From Erythrobacter sp. (lineage in GTDB: Bacteria > Pseudomonadota > Alphaproteobacteria > Sphingomonadales > Sphingomonadaceae), in NCBI RefSeq assembly GCF_039988855.1, contig NZ_JBDXIY010000006.1, positions 53,072 to 117,071 on the forward strand: 64,000 nt of DNA. Direction: 5' to 3'. Below, in pieces: positions 38,248 to 46,353 of this stretch. The first letter of the stretch is position 1. Every line of letters starts with the position of its first letter. The notes beneath the pieces are model-generated. The model saw only the letters and a program-made list of their open reading frames with translations. It did no database searches and was not told the origin of the DNA. The position numbers were made by a program, and so were the translations under genes.

Positions 38248-38316
38248 GCCGTTCTCTCCAGACGCCGAGTTCATTCCTGACTGCTTTTGACACAGTTGCA
38301 AAGCAGTTCGCAATAC

Positions 38317-38334
38317 ACTATACCCCCCTATAGT
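38317..38334. promoter_or_regulatory. CsoR-type operator (inverted repeat around a C6 tract)
   Basis: ACTATA-CCCCCC-TATAGT, a perfect 6-bp inverted repeat flanking C6. It lies between the divergent csoR-like and DUF5676-like genes. A TTGACA hexamer lies at 38287-38292. Confidence 0.65.
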
Positions 38335-38351
38335 ATACGACGGAGGCAAAG

Positions 38352-38624
38352 ATGACCAATGCGACGACGAAAGGTTCAATCCTTGCCTGGGGCTGGGCTT
38401 TCAGCGTCTTACTGCTGATTACCTATCTGCTCTGCGTGGCCTTTGGCCTGATCGCGCCCGATACTTTCCATATGCATGAAGCATGGGCGCCTTTGCTGCC
38501 AGGCTTCGATTGGTTGACATGGCCTGGCTTCTTCGCCGGGGCTATCGGCAGCTTTCTCTATGGCTGGTATATCGCGATCCTAGGGGTCCCGCTCGTCCGC
38601 TATTTCAGAAAAAGGATCGGGTGA
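38352..38624 (+). CDS. Small two-TM membrane protein (DUF5676-like)
   Basis: 90 aa with two hydrophobic helices. GGAGGC RBS. The DUF assignment is from memory. Confidence 0.5.
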   Translation: MTNATTKGSILAWGWAFSVLLLITYLLCVAFGLIAPDTFHMHEAWAPLLPGFDWLTWPGFFAGAIGSFLYGWYIAILGVPLVRYFRKRIG

Positions 38625-38681
38625 AGAACCGGCAATGTGGATTTATCCGCTGCCGCGAATTCCGCACAGGTCGCAAAGCCT

Positions 38682-39521
38682 ATGACAATGCACAGCTTAC
38701 CCTTTTCCGGTTCGTCTTTCAGCAAAAAGAGGGAATTGTTCCTGCATACGGTTATCGGGCCAGTGCTGGGCATCTTAATCCTTCATCCGCTCACCGCGCT
38801 CGTTTATGGGTCTGGAGGGGCAGCAGCGGCGAGCGTGCCATTTGCTGAGCAGTTGGGCTCGGCGGTCGATCGACTGAGCGCGGCATTTGAAATCGAAATG
38901 CTGCCCATGAGCCTGGCTTTCGCGGTGATCGGCGGCGCAATCGGCCTGACGTTTGGTCTTTATCATCTGCGGCTCATGGCAGATCGCCAGATAATCCGCT
39001 CTCTGGAGCATCAATTGGCCGAAGAGCTGCCGCTGCTCATCGCCCGAGGCGAGGGCGCACAGCTGGAATTCAAATCGTCGCTGCGTTGGGGTACGCGTGA
39101 ACAGCGCGCAAATCGAAGCCTTCAACAGGTCGTGTTCAAAACGATTGCCGGATTTCTCAACAATGATGGCGGCACGCTGCTCATCGGCGTCGACGATAGC
39201 GGGGGCATCGTAGGAATCGAGGCCGATCTGAAGACTCTCAAGCACCCCAATAAGGACGGGTTCGAGCGCGTGCTGATGGACGCGATACGATCAGCACTCG
39301 GCGGTAACGCCTGCGCCCTGATCCATTGTTACTTTCACGATCTCGATGGCCGAACTGTTTGCCGCGTGATCGCACAAAAGAGCCTCGAACCGATCTATTT
39401 TCTCGACAATGGAGTGGCGCGCTTCTTGCTCCGCGCCGGCAACAGTACACGGGAATTGGATGCGCGCGAAGCGCACACTCACCTTTCGCAGCGCGGAAAA
39501 GAATATGCACGGCAGGCATGA
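38682..39521 (+). CDS. Membrane-anchored AlbA_2 (divergent AAA_4 / Schlafen-like) domain protein
   Basis: Two to three N-terminal TM helices, then GEGAQLEFKSSLRWG....VFKTIAGFLNNDGGTLLIGVDDSGGIVGIE, the AlbA_2 core as I recall it. The start is uncertain (GTG 38637 or ATG 38682). Confidence 0.55.
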   Translation: MTMHSLPFSGSSFSKKRELFLHTVIGPVLGILILHPLTALVYGSGGAAAASVPFAEQLGSAVDRLSAAFEIEMLPMSLAFAVIGGAIGLTFGLYHLRLMADRQIIRSLEHQLAEELPLLIARGEGAQLEFKSSLRWGTREQRANRSLQQVVFKTIAGFLNNDGGTLLIGVDDSGGIVGIEADLKTLKHPNKDGFERVLMDAIRSALGGNACALIHCYFHDLDGRTVCRVIAQKSLEPIYFLDNGVARFLLRAGNSTRELDAREAHTHLSQRGKEYARQA

Positions 39522-39667
39522 GATGATCCTCTGCCATAAATCGGCAAGTCGGGTTGATCTCGTTCCCCGTTTCACGCTGTCACTTTCAGCGGGGTACGCC
39601 GCCTGTCAGCTCGGTTCGGCCTTGTCGGCGGAACACTGGCACACCTTTGGCCAGATCCAGGGAGACT

Positions 39668-41881
39668 ATGATGGACCATTCTAATTGCAGCCATAGCGGC
39701 CACGGCGAAGCCGTTGCTGGCGATGATGGCCGCTACGATCTCGTTCCCGCTGGTTATGACGGACCGGTTTATACCTGCCCTATGCACCCGCAGGTCCGGC
39801 AGCCAAAGATGGGGTCGTGCCCGATCTGCGGCATGGGTCTCGAACTCGAATCCGCGGCCATGGTCGATGACGGACCGAACCCGGAGCTCGTCGACTTTAC
39901 AAGGCGTTTCTGGGTCGGCGCCATCCTCACCTTGCCGCTGCTTGTTCTCACGATGGGCCCCTATGTGGGCTGGCCGGGCGTGCGCGAAATATTTGGCGAG
40001 CGGGCCACCCTATGGATTGAACTGGTGCTCGGTACACCGGTCGTGTTGTGGAGCGGATGGCCGTTTCTCGAACGGGGCTGGAATTCGTTCCGCACCTGGA
40101 ACCTCAACATGTTCTCGCTCATCGGCATGGGCGTTCTCGCCGCATGGATTTTCAGTGTCGTCGCCGTCCTGGCACCGGACATCTTCCCGGATGGCTTTCG
40201 CGATCCAGAGGGACATGTCGGCGTCTATTTCGAAGCCGCGGCCGTTATCGTTACGCTTGTGCTCCTCGGCCAAGTCATGGAGCTGCGCGCGCGTGAAGGC
40301 ACCGGTAAGGCCATTCGCGCTCTCCTTGATCTTGCAGCCAAAACCGCCCGCGTCATCAGGGCAGACGGCACTGAAGAAGAAATCCCCCTTGAGCACGTGG
40401 CTGTTGGCGACCAATTGCGGGTCCGCCCAGGCGACAAGGTGCCCGTTGACGGTGTAGTGCTCAAAGGCCGCTCGTCGATCGACGAAAGCATGATCACCGG
40501 TGAACCAGTCCCGGTCGAAAAGGTCGAGGGCGACGCCGTGACCGGGGCAACGATCAACGGAACAGGCAGCCTGGTGATCGAAGCGAAACGTGTCGGATCA
40601 GACACCATGCTCGCGCAGATCGTGGAAATGGTTGCGGCCGCACAGCGCTCGCGCGCGCCGATCCAGAAGTACGCCGACAAGGTGGCCGGCATGTTCGTCC
40701 CCGCGGTTATCGGCATAGCCGTGCTCGCCTTCATCGCCTGGGCGATCTGGGGCCCCGCACCAGCGCTTGCCTATGCCCTCATTGCTGCAGTTGCGGTACT
40801 GATCATCGCCTGCCCCTGCGCTCTCGGCCTGGCGACGCCGATGTCGATCATGACCGCGACAGGAAGAGGGGCGCAGGCGGGCGTTCTGATCAAGAACGCC
40901 GAAGCGCTCGAGCGCTTCGAGAAAATCGATACGCTGATCGTCGACAAGACGGGTACGCTGACCGAGGGGCGCCCAAGGCTCGTCGCGGTTATGCCCGAAG
41001 AGGGCCACGATGAAATCGAGGTGTTGAGCCTGGCGGCGTCGCTCGAGCGCGGGTCGGAGCACCCGCTCGCAGAAGCGATCGTGCGCGGCGCCGAAGAACG
41101 CGGCGTCGCGATGGAAGCCGCCAGCGAGTTCGAGGCCGTAACCGGTAAAGGCGTCATGGGCACGGTTTCCGGTAAACGCGTCGCGCTGGGTAACCTTGCG
41201 CTCCTGTCAGACCTCGGTTTGGAAGGTGCCACGCTCAGCGAAAAGGCCAATGCGCGCCGCGACGAAGGCGAAACCGTCATGTTCGTGATCGTGGCAGGCA
41301 AGATTGCTGGCCTCATCAGCGTTGCCGACCCGGTCAAGGAAACCACTCCTGCGGCGATCAAGGACCTGCACAAGCTCGGCCTTACGATCATTATGGCGAC
41401 CGGCGACAATGAGCGGACGGCGCAGGCGGTTGCCGCCCGCCTTGGTATCGACGACATTCGCGCAGGCGTTCTTCCCGCGGACAAGGCGCGGCTCATCCGT
41501 GAATTGCAGGAAGGCGGTGCCAAGGTGGCCATGGCCGGCGACGGGGTTAACGACGCTCCGGCGCTTGCCCAGGCAGATGTCGGCATTGCGATGGGAACCG
41601 GCGCGGATGTCGCGATCGAAAGTGCGGGGATTACGCTCGTTAGAGGCAATCTCGACGGGATCGTCCGGGCCCGCAAGCTTGCCCGGGCTACGATGCGCAA
41701 TATTCGGCAAAATCTGTTTTTTGCGCTGATTTACAACGCCTCGGGCGTGCCCGTCGCGGCCGGTGTTCTTTATCCTTTCTTCGGCATCCTGATTGGCCCA
41801 ATGTTCGCAGCCTTTGCGATGAGTGCGTCCTCCATATCGGTAGTCCTGAACTCGCTCAGACTTCGTAGTGCGAAGCTGTGA
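39668..41881 (+). CDS. P1B-type heavy-metal (Cu+-type) translocating ATPase
   Basis: His-rich [13 protein letters not shown], a Cys-rich [22 protein letters not shown] module, TGEPVP, CPC ([13 protein letters not shown]), [15 protein letters not shown], and YN..P / MSASS in the last TM helices, which are copper-type. Start at ATG 39668. Confidence 0.9.
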   Translation: MMDHSNCSHSGHGEAVAGDDGRYDLVPAGYDGPVYTCPMHPQVRQPKMGSCPICGMGLELESAAMVDDGPNPELVDFTRRFWVGAILTLPLLVLTMGPYVGWPGVREIFGERATLWIELVLGTPVVLWSGWPFLERGWNSFRTWNLNMFSLIGMGVLAAWIFSVVAVLAPDIFPDGFRDPEGHVGVYFEAAAVIVTLVLLGQVMELRAREGTGKAIRALLDLAAKTARVIRADGTEEEIPLEHVAVGDQLRVRPGDKVPVDGVVLKGRSSIDESMITGEPVPVEKVEGDAVTGATINGTGSLVIEAKRVGSDTMLAQIVEMVAAAQRSRAPIQKYADKVAGMFVPAVIGIAVLAFIAWAIWGPAPALAYALIAAVAVLIIACPCALGLATPMSIMTATGRGAQAGVLIKNAEALERFEKIDTLIVDKTGTLTEGRPRLVAVMPEEGHDEIEVLSLAASLERGSEHPLAEAIVRGAEERGVAMEAASEFEAVTGKGVMGTVSGKRVALGNLALLSDLGLEGATLSEKANARRDEGETVMFVIVAGKIAGLISVADPVKETTPAAIKDLHKLGLTIIMATGDNERTAQAVAARLGIDDIRAGVLPADKARLIRELQEGGAKVAMAGDGVNDAPALAQADVGIAMGTGADVAIESAGITLVRGNLDGIVRARKLARATMRNIRQNLFFALIYNASGVPVAAGVLYPFFGILIGPMFAAFAMSASSISVVLNSLRLRSAKL

Positions 41882-42001
41882 ACATTCGACAATCGAACAA
41901 ATCGCCATCCCTGATCCATGCCTCAATGCCTCCGCATTGCGGCAGGGCCGGTCGCCTGTGGAAGATGGCAGCGCGACGCAAGCCATAGAAAGGTAAACCG
42001 C

Positions 42002-43375
42002 ATGGATAACCATTCGGCGCACGAAGATAATCTGAACAAGAGCAGCATCACCCTGCTTGGCGGCGTTGCCATGGGGACTGGCGTCATGATCGGTGCGGGC
42101 ATTTTTGCGCTCACCGGTCAGATCGCGGAGCTTGCCGGCCCTCTCTTCCCCCTCTCCTTCGTCGCAGGCGCGCTCATCACCGCGCTCGCATCATACAGCT
42201 ACATCAAGATGTCGAATGCCTGGCCATCGTCGGGTGGCATCGCGATGATCCTGCAAAAGGCCTATGGTCCGGGTGTCGTCGCGGCCTCCGCATCAGTGCT
42301 GATGGCCATGTCGATGGTTATCAATGAGAGCCTGGTGGCGCGAACCTTCGCGACCTATGCGCTGCGTCCGTTTGGGCTCGAAGAAAACGCATTGCTGATA
42401 TCGGGCTTGGCGCTGGGACTCATCGTTTTCGCCTATCTGGTCAACGCCGCGGGCAATAGATCGGTAAGCGGGTTTTCGCTCGTTATGTCGGCGATAAAGG
42501 TTGGCGGGATAGCGGTGTTCGCAGTTGCGGCGATCTGGGCCAGCGGACTGTTCGCAGGCGCCTTTACCGAGCCTGCTTCCTTGTCGAACGGCGAAGCATT
42601 GCTCGCTTCGGTGGCCTTCTCGATCCTTGCATTCAAGGGGTTTACAACCATCACCAACAGTGGCGGAGAAATCGTCGATCCGCACAAGAATGTCGGTCGC
42701 ACAATCATGATCTCGATTGCCGTGTGCATCGTGGTTTATCTGCTCGTCGCCTTGGCCGTTGGCTCCAGTCTCAGCATCGGCGAGATCGTTCAGGCGCGTG
42801 ACTATTCCCTGGCCGCGGCAGCGCGCCCCGCATTGGGAGATCTCGGGTTCTATTTCACCGTAGCGATTGCCATCTCGGCGACTACGTCGGGGGTCATTGC
42901 GAGCGTGTTCGCCGTCTCGCGGATGCTGACAATGCTGACCGAGATGAAGATGATCCCCCACAGCCATTTCGGAATGAAGGGCGGCATCCGTAGCCACATG
43001 CTGGTCTATACGGTCGTCATAGCCGGCACACTGGCGGTCCTGTTCGACCTTTCCCGCATCGCCTCGCTCGGCGCCTTCTTCTACCTTGTCATGGACATGC
43101 TCGTCCATTGGGGCGTGTTTCGCAGTCTTCGCAAAGAGATCGGCGCCCGCGCTTCCGTCCTGCTCACCGCGCTGGCGGCCGACGCCGTTGTGCTCGCCGC
43201 ATTTACGGCCGCCAAACTCAAGAGCGATCCGGCCGTGGTTTCCTATGCGGTGATCGGAATCGCGGCCGTGTTCGTGGCGGAATGGATATTTCTGTCCGGC
43301 CAGCGCAGGGAGACGAACACAGATTCTATTGAAAACAAGGTCGAGAGCGGAAGCGGCGATCACGACCGTCCTTGA
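42002..43375 (+). CDS. APC-family amino acid/polyamine permease
   Basis: About 12 TM helices. GGVAMGTGVMIGAGIFALTGQ is typical of the APC N-terminus. Start at ATG 42002. Confidence 0.75.
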   Translation: MDNHSAHEDNLNKSSITLLGGVAMGTGVMIGAGIFALTGQIAELAGPLFPLSFVAGALITALASYSYIKMSNAWPSSGGIAMILQKAYGPGVVAASASVLMAMSMVINESLVARTFATYALRPFGLEENALLISGLALGLIVFAYLVNAAGNRSVSGFSLVMSAIKVGGIAVFAVAAIWASGLFAGAFTEPASLSNGEALLASVAFSILAFKGFTTITNSGGEIVDPHKNVGRTIMISIAVCIVVYLLVALAVGSSLSIGEIVQARDYSLAAAARPALGDLGFYFTVAIAISATTSGVIASVFAVSRMLTMLTEMKMIPHSHFGMKGGIRSHMLVYTVVIAGTLAVLFDLSRIASLGAFFYLVMDMLVHWGVFRSLRKEIGARASVLLTALAADAVVLAAFTAAKLKSDPAVVSYAVIGIAAVFVAEWIFLSGQRRETNTDSIENKVESGSGDHDRP

Positions 43376-43417
43376 GCGCAACATTGGCTGTTTGGCAGCT
43401 CAGATAAATATTTTTGA

Positions 43418-43442
43418 GGCGGCGCCGTAATTTCGCGCCGCC
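43418..43442 (+). terminator. GC-rich hairpin downstream of the permease gene
   Basis: GGCGGCGC-(9 nt)-GCGCCGCC, with only a weak T-run afterwards. Confidence 0.35.
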
Positions 43443-43670
43443 CCGCCCGTCTTTATTCCTTCGGCTGCAATCGGAATACCGGAAGTTTGTCCATCTTGTC
43501 CGTACCAGGCCGCGCGATCGACCGGCAGAAAGAGATTCGCGGGAGGAATGTCGGCGATTGCGACAAACATCGTTTCTCTTTCGAAGAACGATGAAACGAA
43601 AACGCGAAACGAACATTGGAATTGAACAAGCAGCCCCAGGCTGTGCGTGTGAACAAGGGGCTGTAAAGGC

Positions 43671-44414
43671 ATGAAAACTGCGAGTGTTTACCGGATGGTG
43701 ATGGAGGATCATGTCTGTCCCTATGGCATCAAAACGGTCGATCTTCTCAAGCGGCAAGGCTTCGAGGTCGACGATCATCACCTGACCAGCAGGGAGGAAA
43801 CCGACGCGTTCAAGGACAAGCACGACGTCGAGACCACGCCGCAGACCTTTATGGAAGGCAAGCGCATTGGCGGCTATGACGATGTCCGCGAGTTCTTCGG
43901 CAAAAGCCGCTCGCAGCCCGAGGAAGGCGAAACCAGCTATCAGCCTGTCATTGCGATTTTCGCGGTCGCGCTGCTGCTCGCGCTCGGGCTGAGCTGGGCG
44001 TTTTTTGACGACCTCTTCACCGTTCGGGCCGCGGAGTGGTTCGTCAGCCTCTCGATGACCTTGCTCGCCGTCCAGAAGCTTCAGGACGTGCGCAGTTTCT
44101 CGACCATGTTCCTCAACTACGATCTACTCGCACGGCGCTGGGTGCCCTATGGCTTCGTCTATCCGTTCGGCGAAGCCGCTGCCGGCATTCTCATGACCGC
44201 GGGCGCACTGACCTGGCTTTCTGCCCCGCTGGCATTATTCATCGGCACCGTCGGCGCTGTCAGCGTCTTCAAGGCTGTCTACATCGACAAGCGTGAGCTC
44301 AAATGCGCTTGCGTCGGAGGTAGCAGCAACGTCCCGCTCGGTTTCGTCTCGCTGACAGAGAACCTGTTCATGATGGGGATGGGGCTCTGGATGGGTCTCA
44401 AGGTCTTTACATGA
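43671..44414 (+). CDS. Glutaredoxin-like domain fused to a MauE/DoxX-type membrane domain
   Basis: The N-terminus, VYRMVMEDHVCPYGIKTVDLLK...TTPQTFMEGKRIGGYDDVREFF, is Grx-like with a CPYG motif. Four TM helices follow, and a CAC/CVGG motif sits near the C-terminus. Confidence 0.65.
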   Translation: MKTASVYRMVMEDHVCPYGIKTVDLLKRQGFEVDDHHLTSREETDAFKDKHDVETTPQTFMEGKRIGGYDDVREFFGKSRSQPEEGETSYQPVIAIFAVALLLALGLSWAFFDDLFTVRAAEWFVSLSMTLLAVQKLQDVRSFSTMFLNYDLLARRWVPYGFVYPFGEAAAGILMTAGALTWLSAPLALFIGTVGAVSVFKAVYIDKRELKCACVGGSSNVPLGFVSLTENLFMMGMGLWMGLKVFT

Positions 44415-44824
44415 TCCTCGGTTTAATCCTGGCGACCTCGCTGTTCCTGATATCGGTGGGCTCGCACCTCGTCATACTGAATGCGGGCCATACGCTGCTC
44501 GAGCAAAACTGCAGCCTTCTGCACAAGCTGGGCATCGCGCTGCTCGTTCTTTTCTCGCATCTGACCGTAGCGGCGTTCTTCGCCGCCGGCTTCTGGATCG
44601 GCGAGGAGCTGGGTCTGGGCGGCTTCCGGCAGGCCGGCGCGATGACCGCGATGGACTATTTCTATTTTTCTCTGATCAACGTGACGACGCTTGGTTTGGC
44701 GGACATTTTCCCAACCGAGCACCTGCGGGTTCTCGCCGGCGTCGAGGCCCTCACCGGCTTCGCTCTCATCAGCTGCTCGGCGCAGCTATTCTGGACCATG
44801 ATGCACAAAGGAGAAGAAGCATGA
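44411..44824 (+). CDS. Ion-channel (two-TM potassium-channel-like, Ion_trans_2) protein
   Basis: The pore-like segment YFSLINVTTLGLADIFP lies between TM helices. ATGA overlap upstream. Confidence 0.6.
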   Translation: MILGLILATSLFLISVGSHLVILNAGHTLLEQNCSLLHKLGIALLVLFSHLTVAAFFAAGFWIGEELGLGGFRQAGAMTAMDYFYFSLINVTTLGLADIFPTEHLRVLAGVEALTGFALISCSAQLFWTMMHKGEEA

Positions 44825-45348
44825 CCGAAAAGACGACCCACTCGGACAAGGGAGGGGGCGGCAACTACTGGCGGTTCATGGCCATGGTATCGACTTCGAC
44901 CGTCATCATGTTCTTCCTGATGTATGCCAACACCTTCACCATTGACGATGTCTTCTGGAGTGAAACGCGCTTCTGGATGATGTTTGTCATGGGCGCGATG
45001 ATGATGGTCGTCATGCTCCTCTTCATGTGGGGCATGTACAAGGACCGGACCAAGAATTTTATCATTCTGGGCGTCGGCGCCTTTGTGTTCGCGCTCGCAC
45101 TTTGGCTGGTACGCAGCCAGACCACCGTCGACGACACCGAATATATGGCAGCGATGATCCCGCACCACTCGATCGCGATCATGACCAGCGAACGGGCCAG
45201 CCTCAAGGATCCGCGCGTTCGCGAACTCGCCAAGGCAATCATCGTCGCCCAGCGCCGCGAGATCGCCGAGATGAAATATCTCATAGACGATATCGAGCAG
45301 AACGGTCCTCGGACCGAAGAACGCCTGCCCGAGGAGATGCAGCCATGA
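44821..45348 (+). CDS. DUF305-domain protein
   Basis: AAMIPHHSIAIMTSE...LAKAIIVAQRREIAEMKYLI is the DUF305 pattern. It has N-terminal TM helices. ATGA overlap upstream. Confidence 0.7.
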   Translation: MTEKTTHSDKGGGGNYWRFMAMVSTSTVIMFFLMYANTFTIDDVFWSETRFWMMFVMGAMMMVVMLLFMWGMYKDRTKNFIILGVGAFVFALALWLVRSQTTVDDTEYMAAMIPHHSIAIMTSERASLKDPRVRELAKAIIVAQRREIAEMKYLIDDIEQNGPRTEERLPEEMQP

Positions 45349-45833
45349 ACAAGATAGCTTTAACGGCGCTCATCGCGCTGCCGCTCGCCGCCTGCAATTC
45401 GAACACCGCTCCGGGCAACGACCGCGAAGCCCAGCTCGACCCGCCTGCCACTGCCGCGCCGATCGAGGACGCGGCCAGTGCACTGGCAAATGTTGACCCG
45501 GGCCTCATGCTTCCCGGGACTATGAATGACGCGGACCTTGCTGCTCTGGGCGCAGGACAGGCCTGCCAGTTTCGTCTGACCGAAGTAGCCTTTCCCTCGT
45601 TTGTATATGACGGCGACGGGGGCGGTGCGATCAAGATCAATGGCAAATTGATCCCCGTCACCGCCGATGGCACCGGCAGCTATTCGAATGGCGAGCTTCG
45701 GATCAGGACCCGCATGCTGGATGATGAAGGCGATGCGGGTCTGCAAATGCAGGAGATGATCGTCGTCGGACCCCGGATGAAGGACGAGTTCGGGTTCTGG
45801 GGATATACCACCTGTCCGGCAGGCGGAGCCTGA
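45345..45833 (+). CDS. Lipoprotein of unknown function
   Basis: MNKIALTALIALPLAACNS lipobox. ATGA overlap with the DUF305 gene. Confidence 0.6.
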   Translation: MNKIALTALIALPLAACNSNTAPGNDREAQLDPPATAAPIEDAASALANVDPGLMLPGTMNDADLAALGAGQACQFRLTEVAFPSFVYDGDGGGAIKINGKLIPVTADGTGSYSNGELRIRTRMLDDEGDAGLQMQEMIVVGPRMKDEFGFWGYTTCPAGGA

Positions 45834-45926
45834 TACTGGCAGGGCGCATGGGCGGGCCGTTGGCTACCCCGTGCGCCCGCAGCTCCTCCGTTCGTCGCCC
45901 ACACCTGTCTTAACAGGAACAAGCAG

Positions 45927-46058
45927 ATGACCGATACGAGGCCCATCGCTGTCTTCGGTGCAGGCGGGAAGACCGGCACCGAGCTATTGCGGCGTGCCCT
46001 TGCGCGGGACATACCGATCCGCGCCTTCGAACACACCGTGCCCGGGCCAGACGAGCGC
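45927..46058 (+). pseudogene. 5' fragment of an NAD(P)H-binding (NmrA/SDR-like) gene
   Basis: MTDTRPIAVFGAGGKTGTELLRRALARDIPIRAFEH is a Rossmann N-terminus. Similarity is lost after about 44 codons, where the truncated lspA begins on the other strand. Confidence 0.45.
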
Positions 46059-46353
46059 CAATCGCCAGGCTCAAGCCGAGCGCATGGATGGGGGATCGGG
46101 TTCTCATCAGCCAAATCCCGAGCATGCCCGAAAGCAGAACGCCGATCGCGATAAGGATCACGGGGGCTGCTCCACCGGCCAGTCCGAAAGCCACGCCGCT
46201 ATTGGCGATGGCGACTAGATTGAAGCCCGGGAACACTGCGATCACGTTACCCGAACCAACCAAAGAATGCGCCCAGGTTTTCGACAATTGATCGAGGCCG
46301 AAGGCGGCCAGTATCAAGAGGGGCGCAAGCCGTTTCGCCGCGCTCAAGGTCAT
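46056..46353 (-). pseudogene. lspA: Truncated signal peptidase II (lspA), first ~99 codons only
   Basis: MTLSAAKRLAPLLILAAFGLDQLSKTW...FNLVAIANSGVAFGL...ALGLSLAIG, then non-LspA sequence. The expected GALGNxxDR and downstream motifs are missing. ATGA overlap with the upstream aldehyde dehydrogenase gene. Confidence 0.6.
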
